A stretch of 61,253 nt of DNA, filler included, from Diploschistes diacapsis (Eukaryota), in the NCBI GenBank assembly GCA_023645945.1. It is 5 parts of 5 records of this genome, joined end to end, with 100 filler letters (N's around TTAATTAATTAA, not from the genome) between each part and the next. Parts side by side here need not be neighbours in the genome. Positions count along the whole stretch, not along the records: positions 49,123 to 61,253 come from JALAIB010000768.1; 4 more parts are not named here. One strand, written 5' to 3'. The notes beneath the pieces were generated by a model. That model was not told where the DNA came from. It was given only the letters and a program-made list of their open reading frames with translations, and did not search any database. Both the position numbers and the translations under genes were made by a program. Shown one piece after another: positions 49,841 through 61,253 of this stretch (positions within the stretch are counted from its first letter, which is position 1; each line of letters begins with the position of its first letter).

Positions 49841-51785
49841 TCACAGCTGGCCTGTGGACCACTCCACGACCTCGAGGGCGCACATGACGAGGATGAGCGT
49901 CGATGGCAGGATCCTGCACAAACACCATAAGCACGCTTCTTCGCAGGTACCGCTTACCCAACAAAACAAAAAAAAGGGGGGGAGAAGTGACCCACCAAAC
50001 GACATAACTCTGGAAGAGCAGTTTCACCATAGCCCCCATGTACACCCCATTGATCTGGCAGATCTGGGCTAGCTGCAGCGCGCTCGGTGCGCCCGTCAAC
50101 AGGAAACACACAATCAGGAAAATTGGATCGTCCATGATGCTGACGGGCGCGTACTTTGCGATGAGAGCCAGTATAGGCGCCATGATCACCGTGGGCAGCA
50201 GCATCCTGCTGACGAGGCACGCGATCAGGAGCTTCGTCTCAATCTTCTCGTCCACCAGCGTGTGGGGGTCGTCGACCGGCAGCGTGTTGCGCGCGAGGTT
50301 CGCACCCAGGACCACAAGGATCAACGGAACGGCAACACCGCCGGACTGCGAGACGGCGCGGACGATGGAGTTGTTGAGGAAGGTGCCGTGTGCGAAGAAA
50401 AGTCGCTGCAGATTGGGGACGGAGGCGACGATTAGGGCGGCGGCCATGGCCCAGAGCGGAGGGTTCATGAAGGCCCATAAGCCTCTGAGGAAGCGGCCGG
50501 TGTAATAGCCGAAAGTTGACAGCACACTTTGGAGACGAGGCGAGAGGGATAAGAAGACGGCCCTGGAGCGGGTGGAAAAGAACTTGCGGATCTTGTACGA
50601 AAACCATGCCTTCCGCTTCTTGACATAGCGAGAGAAGCGGTAGTAGCGGGTCTTGGGGCGGGTAACTGCGAATGTAGGATAGTATTCTGTGTATTCGGAG
50701 CCTGAATCTGCGGTGTTTGGGGTGCTGGAACCGATGTGACCATCTTCCCGATCAGTGCCTGGATAGTCGACCACCTGCTCTCTTGTGGGCTTGTAATTAC
50801 CATTTGTCGGAGTCTGTAGTAGACCGGGCGCGCCGGATTGTGTCTGCGGGTCATTGCTAGCTAAACGCCGGCCCCCGTTGACCAGCTCATTGACCTGTTC
50901 GTCCGAAGGGCGCTGGTCTGAAGCGATTGATGCCGTTCCATCATCGGCTGGCGGTAAGAAGGTTATACGAGTTCTACCCTTCCTCGAACCACCATTCTCA
51001 ACGACGTAATCATCCAAGAGCTCCTGCTCTTCTTCAGGATACTCGTCCCGTGGTTTAAGAAGGATATTATAACCCCAGGTCCACCGCAGAAGCTGTCCGA
51101 GTTGTTGAAAGATCAGTAGGTAGAGAATGCCCCTGGCTGCCACCTCATCATCATTGTCCCCTGGTATTGCATCCCAATGTAGACCTGATATCGTTTTCGA
51201 TAGAGACAAGACTAGAGATATAGGCAAAGAGTTCGAATTTCCAAAGACCTAGAACTGTGTAAGCCCAGGTCCGTCATAACGGGCTGCTTGAACCTCCAGC
51301 CATGGCTGTCACGAAGTTTGCCGGTCTCTTCTTGAACCGGAAGATCTTGGACACCAACCAAGAGCAGAACCAGGAGACCAAGGTTTGCATGATGAATATA
51401 AGGGGAATTATCGCAAGGTCTGCGAGTTTATCGGCGTTCAGCTGGCCCGCGAGCTTCGAGAAGACTGGACACAATCAGCTAATGTCTTCCGATAGCTTGG
51501 AAAAGACCTACTTAGGCAGGGTGTGAAGACCATCACGTTGAGATTCGCTACGAACTTTTGAGCCTCTGCATCGAACATGCCCTGACTCGCGACAATATAA
51601 CCCGGGAGGCTGACGAAAACGACTTCCATGACGGCCTCAAAGACCAGCATGGTCAAATGGCCAAAATCAGGATGTGACGAGTGAGCAGGCGGTTTGAAGG
51701 TCGAAATAGCATCTTGGACGGCCAAGGAAGACATGTCCATTTCCGCCGCGCTGTTCAGGCGGAAAGAGGTGGGCGTAGAGAACAT
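49841..51785 (-). CDS. Auxin efflux carrier (Mem_trans, YBR287W-like) family transporter, 4 exons
   Basis: LVFEAVMEVVFVSLPGYIVA, NLNVMVFTPCL|FSKLA, FGNSNSLPISL, FMNPPLWAM, GGVAVPLILVVLGANL and GAPSALQLAQICQ; final exon ILPSTLILVMCALEVVEW..*. Confidence 0.88.
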
Positions 51786-53060
51786 GATTGCAAGTCAGGC
51801 GGTTTTATTTCGAGCGCGTCCTTGGAACTTAAGAGAATCTGCTCAATGAGGCTTGAGCGCCGCTGGCCAAGAGTAGATGCTCCACAATCTTCTCGTTCAG
51901 ATTAGGATAAAGCTTGGACACCGACAGCTCACTTTTGGTGTGTGAGAGCACCCTTCTTCATTAAAGCAGCATTCGGGCAGTGGGAGCAACTGAATCAAGC
52001 GCGATAAGCAAGGACCCGGCTTGTGACAGAATCACAGCTTCCGAAGGGTGGAATAATGGGCATCAGAATTAAAGATAGTATTGTAGTATTTATCACCACT
52101 TTGCTGTTCCAAGGTCTCTCAGCTATCCAGAAAGTTTGCCAAGCACTGACGCAATCGGGTTTGCTGTCGTTTTTGTGCTGAAGCGCATAATTTATGCTGA
52201 GATATGAAAAGCGAAACAATGCCTGATCTCTCCATGTTTCCAATACAACCGTGAACAAACCGCTAAGAGAGCACCTCGAAAGAACATATGAAGCTATCAC
52301 TAGAAACTAATATGCCCATGAGCACAATGCAACTCCACCAATTAGGTGAGGACAGCATACCTAACAAAACATACTCCCCGAGCTTCTGTTCATGAAGAAC
52401 GTGCTTGATTGTCAGTGGTTCGTCAAAAACCCAAAAAACCGAGGATTGGGGCGCACGTGCTCTCGCTCTGGAGTCGTATGCATGGCTTACACATGCCTTA
52501 CACATGCCTTCCAATGTCTCTTTCTAGGATTCCTAGCGTCTGGACCCACCCCGGACTGACGTTGACGGTCTCGCAATTTCCTGTCTCATTGATTCGCCTG
52601 GTTGGCAATTATCGCCACAGCGGCTCAGTATGGCCGGCAGGAGATGGCAGAATTGCATGTGAAAGGGTGAAAAGGCAGGTTTTGAGATCTTGTGGGTCCG
52701 AAATGAATTGTACAGAACGCACATGGCATTCGCTCTCGCTTTATACTCGGTTCATGCACGAGGAGTTTGAGTTACAGTAGGAGTTCAAGTGGATGGTCGA
52801 TTACTGAATCAATTCCTGATCGCCTCCTATCTACCTGATGCTGATGCACTATGTAAAAACAGGCGTTTCGGGTTGCTTCCTAGTAGACATACAGTTTCTC
52901 CGAAAGGTGTCCATGCCAGTTGTAGTAAGATGGGAAATTAAAAGGTGTACCGCGGCGCGCAATCGCAACGCTAGCAGTGGCCTGACTCGAGAAAGAAAAA
53001 GCAATTCCGCTGGTTGGGGGGGGGGTATCAAAACGTCTCTTGCTCTGCTCTTCAGGCTTG

Positions 53061-54756
53061 TTAAACGACAGAGGCCTTGCGCTCGACATCCTCGACGATC
53101 TCGGGAGCGAGGGTGCCCTTGTCCGTGACGCCCATCTCGGCGGCGAAGGTGGTGTGGGGCTTCCAGCCCTTGGAGGTGACGGGAGTCGTCTCTTCCATCA
53201 TCTTGTCCACTTGTTCGAGGGAGAGACCCTTGGTCTCGTAGACGAGGAAGTAGGCGTAAACGAAGCAGCAGAAGCAGAGGGAACCCCAGAGGAAGAAGAC
53301 CTTGGCACCAAGATTGGCTTCATTCTCGCCGACAAGGTAAGGGGTGATGACGGCGATGATCTTGAAAACGAACGTCAGCAGCTTGGTCAATGTGAGGAGA
53401 CGAATCAAAACTTACGCAGTTCCAGAGCCAGTTGGAGGCGGTTGACAGAGCGACACCACGGGCGCGGATCGGCAAGGGGAAGATCTCACCAACCACGACC
53501 CAGGCGCCAGGGCCCCAGGTGGAGGCGAAGAAGAAGATGTAGATGCAAATGAAAGCAATCATAGCCGTGAGCGCGGAGGAACTGTCCGAGCAAACGCCGA
53601 TGATGGCGACAATGAACTCGCAAACGGTCATACCTGCGGCGCCGTAGATGAGAAGAGCACGACGGCCGAAACGCTCCACGGTCCAAAAGGATATGGGAGT
53701 CGAGCACACGTTGACGAGCGTGGTCACGAGCGAGATTAAGAAGGGATTCTGGATGGTGCCGAGGCTCTTGAAGAAAGTGGTACCGAAGTAGAAGATGAAG
53801 TTGATGCCGGTCCACTGTTGCATCATTTGTAGCGAAGTTCCCAAAATCGTGCGGCGAAGGTTGCTGTTTGGATTGAAGACGGAGCCCCTGAAGCAGTTGG
53901 CCCAGCTGTAGCGCCAGATCCCCTGCGGAATGAGCTGGAGCTCGTACTCGTGGTTCGCAATGATTTCGGCGAGTTCCTGCTGGACATACTCGGACTCGCG
54001 CGGCTGCGATCGAAGTCTGGCGAGAGTCTGGGTGGCCTCGTCGATCCTGCCTCTCTTGACGTGGAAGCGGGGTGATTCGGGAAGGAACATGAGGCCACCA
54101 CCAAGGATGAGGGACCAGAGTATCTGCACGGCGATGGGGATGCGGTAAGAGCCAGTGTCTTGGCGATCCTGGGTTGCATAGGTAACGCAAGCGGCGAGTA
54201 AGAGACCGATGGTAATGCAGAACTGGTAGCCGGACACGATGGCGCCACGGACCGCCTTGGGAGCAATCTCGGACATGTAGAGAATGATGATGGCGGAAAC
54301 AAACCCGACACCGAAGCCGGCGATCAAACGGCCGGCGACCATGAGACCGACATTGGGACCGGCAGAAGCAGTCTCGAGAATGGCACCGATAAGGAAGACC
54401 AAACAGCCGATAATGACGGTGATTCGGCGACCAAGCCAGTCGGCGATATCACCAGCAATGATGGCACCGAAGAAAGTACCGGCAGAAAGGATGGATACGA
54501 TGAGGGATTGTGTCGAGGAGGGAATGGCAAATGCAGCGACTTGGGCCTTGGTGGGATTGGGTCCAGGAGGTTGCATGCCAGTGTACTGGGTGATGACATA
54601 GTTCATGCCGAGCACGCTGTTGACCCATCCGGAATCGTAACCAAAGAAGATGCCGCCAAAGGAGGCGAAGGCGCACATGAGATAGGCCTTTGCATTGATG
54701 GGCGCCTCGATACGCGAGATATCGGTGGTCGCGATGATGCCCGCTCCGCCCGGCAT
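53061..54756 (-). CDS. Sugar porter (high-affinity monosaccharide transporter-like), 2 exons
   Basis: FGGIFFGYDSG, DWLGRR, YMSEIAP, LPESPR, MQQWTGIN, GEIFPLPIRARG and YETKGLSLEQVD; intron 53415-53361. Confidence 0.93.
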
Positions 54757-55586
54757 CTTGAAGCTGGTCTTGGTCAAACGGTTCTTAGAGCAGAGTGAAC
54801 GAAGATGTAGAGACGGCTCTCTTAGATATGCAAGTTGCAACAAGCCAAGAGAGTAGAGCTTTGTGAGAGGGTTGGGGAGGAAGAGAGACAGAGAATGTAG
54901 GAAGGAGGGAGAGGACAACAAAAGACAAGGAGGTAAAGGTAGGTTGGACAGGGTAGTTGGGAGCTCTAATATATGTTTGCACCACCACCCGGATATTACT
55001 TCCTTCTAACGTTCCCCAGTTGTGTACAAGAGTGGTAGGTGAATAGATACTTTCTGATTTATGGCTAAGGGGGCGCTAACAGTTAGCAGGTTGTGTTAGT
55101 AGTAAAGAATAAAGAAAGGGATTTTCTTGGGCTTCACTGAATCACTGACTCACTTTGTGAAAATGGCCAGCCAATGGACACTGAACAATGGGCACTGGCA
55201 CACCTAGTTTCCCTCGTGACTGTAGGTTGTACTCTATCTACTGCCCCACATTGGCTACTGGTAGACACGAGCATCGACTTGCTCCAACACCGAGTCTATC
55301 TGAAAAACCAGTCATGCAAAAAAAGCATACCCGAGGTTCGTGTCGGACGCTAATATGGCTTATAGTAGTTTAGCTGGAAAAAAGAAAAAAGGCTAGATGC
55401 AGTTCATTAAGATTTCTGGCCTCGCGCTTACGGATTACACGGTTCTGGGACCTAGCCGGTGGAGCCTGGAAAGGAAATCACGCAACGTGATTGATTCTCG
55501 TCCACAGTTATCTTCCTCTTCCACTTCCACTTTGTACCAGAGGAGCCCAACAAGTACGACACGGTAGGCGGGGTTAGTAATGCTAC

Positions 55587-55756
55587 GAAGTGACCACAGA
55601 GCAAAGGTTAGCGCCTCGATTAGTGCGACGCCACACAAGCAGTGGTCTTGTACCCATTAACCCCATATATATATCTCTTTTTCTATAGGGCAAAAAACCC
55701 CTGCTTAATGGCGTCGCACTAATCGGCGCTAATCTTTATCCGGGGGGGGTCACTTC
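55587..55756. repeat. ~170-bp imperfect palindrome (foldback/MITE-like)
   Basis: Left arm gaagtgaccacagagcaaaggttagcgcctcgattagtgcgacgccacacaagcag pairs with right arm ctgcttaatggcgtcgcactaatcggcgctaatctttatccggggggggtcacttc around an AT-rich loop. Confidence 0.8.
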
Positions 55757-58154
55757 ATCGTCGACTGACCTCGTGGACTTCTATTTGCCTTATTACTAAC
55801 CAACTATCCACCGACAATCCACGTGACCGTAATCCGCAGCCAGGAGAGTGTTCTCTTTGCCTCTGACATAACGTGGTTGTCATAGTCCTGATTGGAAAGA
55901 AAAAAAGATCGCCTGATTGATTGATGATTGACGATTGGTCAAGAAGGATTTATGAGTATGGAGTGGACCGGCGCAACGACCAATCTCCGCACAAGGCACG
56001 TTTCCTTCCCTCTTCTTCCCTCTTCTTCGCACAACCCAGCCCGTTATTTGAACTACCCCACCAAGCTTCGGATCTTGCCAGAACGGGTCACGTTTCCGAG
56101 ATGAATAAGTGACTCGATGAATTCATTACCCCGCATGCCCATGCCCGCGACCAGTTACCTTCAATGTGTATGAGCCACCTAATTTCTTGTGCAACAATAG
56201 CATGTGCTATGTGGTATGTGGCGAACCTGAAGAGTCTGAGCTCAATAAGAACGATGGCACGTTCCGGGTCCAATGAAATTTGACTGGAAAGAATATCCCA
56301 GGCAACTCACCAGGCCTCGGTAATCTTCGTTCTCACGCCGGATCAAGGCCCGGTACGATGCTCTGAATCACGGACACCAGGGCGGTGTGTACTTGTTTAG
56401 CACGTGCCCAGCCCTCTACCATAGGTCTGGCTGAATGCTTACGTACAGCTACAGTACTCGAAGAGCTTACTGCATAGATTCTCGCTTGTCACGCAACTGT
56501 TGAATGTCTCAAGTTGGTGGCTGAAGCTGATGAAGAGTAGCTAGCCACATTCACTCAACTTCGAACGCCGGAGCTGATACTGTCTCAATCATCTAGAAGT
56601 CATGACCACCGACTTGTGGCGGACCAACTAACTCAATCCACTCGATCTTTGTGTCTCGAAGCTGTCCAGTCTGCTGAATTTGTTGTTCTGGGATAGACCG
56701 CCAGAACTGTGGACGATCAGCTGACACAAGGTTGTTATCAAGGCTGCAGTGAACACTGATGTGTATGCTTGAGAGCGACTAAATGGTCAAATGATTCTAC
56801 ATAAAGTCTGAAAGTGAAATACAATTCAGTCTGATGGGAGTCTGGTTCACCAGCTTGATAATATTTAACAGAGTAATCGCCCTTCCCCTACACCCGAATT
56901 CTCGACGGCCAATGTCGGCGTCTAAGGCTCTGCAACCGACGATGAATGTCGTAAATCTACGTGTAGATCAACAATATGTAGTTTCATACACAATATGCTT
57001 TTATTTCAGTAGATATCCGTAGATTTGGTGCTTCCTTTCCTCGGGCCTGACTCCGACTCTACTTTTTTCTCCTTGACTTCATGACATTCGATTGCCTCAG
57101 GACCTAGACCCCATAGCTTTATGCGCCAGGCTTCCCGAGCGCCAGAGTCTAAGCCTTATTCGAGTTAGCGGGTGCTGACTCAATCGTCGGTTGCCATGGA
57201 AGGCCAAGAAAGTACCTTCACTTACCAAATATAAAGCGTTTTGTACCATTTTACGCTAATTTAGTCTATTTTATGCGTCGTAAACGCCCATCACGCTAGT
57301 AATCTATTTTAGCCCTTTTTCAGACTTTCATCGCTGACGCATCTTTCGAAGCAGCATCTGAAGCAGCTTTTCAAGCAGATTTTCGAGCACCTTTCGAAGC
57401 TTTTGAAGCAGCGCATTCGACAGCGCACTTAGACCTTTCGACTATAATCCAGGTGTAAACCACCTACGCCAGCAACCCCAACCACCCCAGCGCCGCTACC
57501 ACCGCCGCGGCCAACCTACTACCCAGCGCCAGCGCCACGCACCTTCAGCACCTCCCCAGCACCCCAACACTCCCAATCCCGTTACTGATTTTTTTAAATT
57601 GCGCTTTCCTCTCGACTCGCTACGGAGAGCTTTCGATATAAGATGCTTCAAAAAGCCACGCACTAGTGAGGGTTTAAAATTAAAACATAAAGTAGCATTC
57701 GATCCACGCGAAACTTAAGATTTGTTCACGTATAATATAATTATTCTTTCCGCTTTCAGATTCCATGTAGAAACAGGATTGAAAGCACTCTTGAGAACGG
57801 CTACGGAAGTACAATTCGCCGTTGTTACGACTCTGTCAGTCAGTAGGGGGGTTCATATGCTGCCTGTGAAAGCATCATCTCATCATCCTAAACAACCAAT
57901 CCTGTTTTTTTTTTTTACCCTTACCATTTGTCTAAAGACAAAGTTCTCCCTCGTTACTCGCACTAGCCACATCTCACTATCGTTTTTGCCGTGCACCGCC
58001 ACAATTCCCAACCTGAACCGTTTGACGTTTCCAACCAGTCTGAACATTATAAACGCCGCGATTGGGGAATCCTAGAGTGTGATGATCCAATCCTAAATGC
58101 ATTGTCACGGCTATATACTTCCTGCTGCTCTTCAATAACCGAGCCTTTTTCACC

Positions 58155-60253
58155 ATGGCCGCGTCCCCCTCCGAGGTCTCATCCTCTGCGCAAGAGTCTG
58201 CGGCTGCCGAAGAAGGTACTCTGCCTGTCGATTCGACAGTCACGGAGCACGACTTCGCAAACCCAGCCTCCTCTCCTCAAACTCTTCGACTACCTACACT
58301 TCGGGCCGCTTCCGATATTCCCTTGCCAGTTATGACATCCTCTTCGACGCCCCTAGGCAACGTCAATGCCGCTCGACGTCCACCACCCCCACCGCCCAAC
58401 AGCTCCTCTGTGAGACCCGGGGCGCTGCCTGCCGGCATGGCTGCAAAGATGAAGGCGTTTCATGAGTCCCGAAGGGGCACACCCACGCTAAGTGCGCAAC
58501 CGGCGGGGATGCCTGGAGGTGCGATTGGCGGGTTCCCTGGATCGATTGCAGGGACAATGCCGTCTCCCACGTTGGCCGGAGGCCCGGGACTCAAGCTTCC
58601 CACTGGAGGGCCCATGGCGCGGCCCACAAGCATGAGCGCGGACTCCGCCCCCACAGTTCCTACCGTGGCCAACATAAGGATGCCCAAAATAGGTGGAGGT
58701 TTGGCCGCAAAGCGGGGGTTAAACAGAGGTATGAAGCTGTCAGATGCCACCGGGCCTTCTCCCGAGTCTCAACCGAACGGACTCACACCTTCGAACTACA
58801 ACAACTCGAATACTCAGTCAGGGTCAATGTTTAACAAATACTCCGAATATGTTGACACGGCCTCCGGGACATTGAAGTTCAAGGGCAAGGCAACAATACA
58901 CGGCTCCGGCATAGATTTTTCGAGCGGGACCAGCTTCAAGATCTCGTTAGACGAGGTGGATACGATAGATGAGCTGGGCAAAGGAAATTACGGAACAGTT
59001 TATCAGGTCCGACATAGCAGGCCCAGAGTGCGGCGACCTGGTCTGGGTTTGGCAGGAAACAAAGCACACCCTTCCATCACACCGCCCAATGAACCCGATT
59101 CTCCCCAGAACAATAAGAACGTGCAAAGCACAACCGGACTGATAATGGCCATGAAAGAAATCCGACTCGAACTTGACGATGCCAAGTTTGCTCAGATCAT
59201 CATGGAGCTTGATATCCTCCACCGCTGTGTCTCGCCCTTTATCGTCGACTTCTACGGTGCCTTTTTCCAAGAGGGCGCGGTTTATATTTGCATGGAATTC
59301 ATGGATGGTGGGTCCATCGATAAGATCTACGGCGAAGGTATCCCCGAGAACGTGCTGCGCAAGATAACGCTCTCCACCTGCATGGGCCTTAAGTCTCTGA
59401 AGGACGACCACAACATCATTCACCGCGATGTCAAACCTACAAATATTCTCGTAAACTCTAGGGGCCAGATCAAGATCTGCGATTTTGGCGTAAGTGGGAA
59501 TCTGGTGGCCAGCATTGCGAAGACGAACATCGGCTGCCAGAGCTACATGGCGCCTGAGCGTATCGCGAGCGGTGGCGTGGCACAGGCGGGCGCGAACAAT
59601 CCCGGGGCCACGTACAGCGTGCAGAGCGATATCTGGAGTCTCGGGCTGTCAATCATCGAGTGTGCGATGGGGAGGTATCCGTATCCCCCTGAGACATACA
59701 ACAATATTTTCAGCCAGCTTAGCGTAAGACCCTCTGCAAAGCGTCTTGCTCGCACCTTCGAAGTGTGCTAACCATCATTCTAAAACAGGCAATCGTGGAC
59801 GGCGAACCCCCCGACCTCCCACCTACCGGCTACTCCGACCTGGCCCGCGATTTCGTCAAGCAATGCCTCAACAAAGTTCCCAAGCTACGTCCCACCTACG
59901 CCATGCTGATCCGCCACCCCTGGCTCGCCCAGCTCATGAAGCCGCCCGCCATCTCCGAAGACGCTGAGGCCGAGGCCGAGGCCGAAGCAGAAGCAGCAGC
60001 CGCTACAAACCCCGCAGACCAACCCGCGAACCCGGCAGCATCTGTCGTGGAAGCCATCGGAAACATGTCGCTGGCCGGAGGCGCGGTGGATACGGCGGAC
60101 TGGGAAGTAGCAGCGTGGGCGGTGGGTGCCATCGAGAGGAAGAGGGCGGGGAAAGTGAAGGGTGCGAAGAAGCCGGCACTGCACGCGGCGCCGCTGGATG
60201 CGGTGCCGATGAGTCCGGAGGCGGAACGAGGTACGGCGGAGGTCGGAGCCTAG
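58155..60253 (+). CDS. PBS2: HOG-pathway MAP kinase kinase Pbs2, 2 exons
   Basis: Pro-rich RRPPPPPP, docking-like LAAKRGLNRGMKL, LGKGNYGTV, MAMKEIRLELDDAKF, HRDVKPTN and DFGVSGNLVASIAKTNIGCQSYMAPER; intron 59724-59788. Confidence 0.95.
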
Positions 60254-60858
60254 ATATTAGGCGGGAGAGAGACAAGAAGAGGAGACGGGGTAGAGAGGTG
60301 GGTAGTAATCCGGTGGACTTGGACGGGGCAGAGGCTACTTTTTTGCAAAGATAATTTTTGGGTCAGAGCGGAGCGGAGGGAAGACTGCCAGTGGGCTGGC
60401 GAGCCGACGGGCTAGATGCGGTGCTTGGAGGGAAAAGAGGCTTCCGGCGATGTGCTGAGATGGATAGACACCAGCAGCATGACTTCATGAATCGTGCTGG
60501 CATGAAACAAGTGTGGGGGAGGGCAAACACGGATGCGTACATAAGCGAAGAACACCAAACGAGGGGAAGCGGACACGGGAAGCTCCATCTCTTAGGATGG
60601 AGCTTCATGAGCAGAAAGGCTCCTTTCTTCTTTCCCATTCTCTCCCAACGCTAGTTCCGTACGTGCTTCTTATGGGTATATATTCATTATCTCGTCCACC
60701 AGCATGCCATTCCCACATAATCCAACCCAACAGAAACCAAAGCAAGGGCAAAGAGCAGACACAACAAACAAAACAAATACCATCCATCATCCAACAGAGT
60801 TTTAAAATAAAAATGAAAAAAAGCCGCCATCCCTCAAAACCCTCTGCCACTCGCCTCC

Positions 60859-61253
60859 TCAAAACCCGTTCCTCGTCGTCCACTCACCAGCATCGAACTT
60901 GACCGGACTGAACCCCATCCCACCCCGCCAATCCACATCCGCATCCGCATCCGCATCCGCATCTCCACCCAAACTCGCGCTCGCCACGCTGCTACTAACG
61001 TCCAAATCCGGATCCGGATCCGGATCCAGATCCAGATTCACCGCCCCATTTCGCCCATTTCCCCCAGCGTCGCCGTATCCATCCGCGCCCTGATCCGCAC
61101 AGACGTCGACAAAGCTCTCCCCCTCATCAAACGCCTCCTCGGGCCCGAAGCCCTTGATCGGCGTCTTCGACTTCACCGTCTCCTCCTTCTCCTTCCCCTT
61201 CGCCCTCGCCTTGCCCTGCGCTTCATGTGCCCCCCCAGGCCCCACCCCACCCC
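60859..61253 (-). CDS. Probable 3' portion of an unidentified gene running off the window end
   Basis: Open acidic low-complexity frame (DLDPDPDPD, DADADADAD) from the window edge; no family recognised. Confidence 0.3.
   Translation of the reverse strand, partial: GGVGPGGAHEAQGKARAKGKEKEETVKSKTPIKGFGPEEAFDEGESFVDVCADQGADGYGDAGGNGRNGAVNLDLDPDPDPDLDVSSSVASASLGGDADADADADVDWRGGMGFSPVKFDAGEWTTRNGF

Overview
Intron-containing filamentous ascomycete DNA (GT-AG introns with CTAAC/CTGAC branch sites). The window is not one locus. It is five contigs (1-12199, 12300-24491, 24592-36777, 36878-49022, 49123-61253; 12199/12192/12186/12145/12131 bp, i.e. descending length) joined by artificial 100-nt N-TTAATTAATTAA-N linkers, so synteny is only meaningful within a contig. 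Housekeeping genes include an MMTAG2-like protein, a mitochondrial phosphate carrier, MED18 (partial), two MFS transporters, ATL1, a Brr6/Brl1-like protein (partial), an auxin-efflux-carrier-family protein, a sugar porter and the MAPKK PBS2. Accessory content includes a secreted repeat precursor with a His/Met tract, several pseudogenes, a RIP-mutated TIR-bounded Mutator-like element, a 110-bp TG..CA insertion with a 4-bp TSD, a 170-bp palindrome, a divergent CK1 head-to-head with a PD-(D/E)xK-like pseudogene, and NLR/AAA remnants. The most striking feature is an intact ~1700-aa fusion of an RNA-dependent RNA polymerase and a Upf1-like SF1 helicase. It sits head-to-head, 198 bp away, from a NadR-type (AAA_28-like) P-loop kinase gene, making a candidate two-gene RNA-defence module. 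All family assignments are from motif recognition; no database searches were run.
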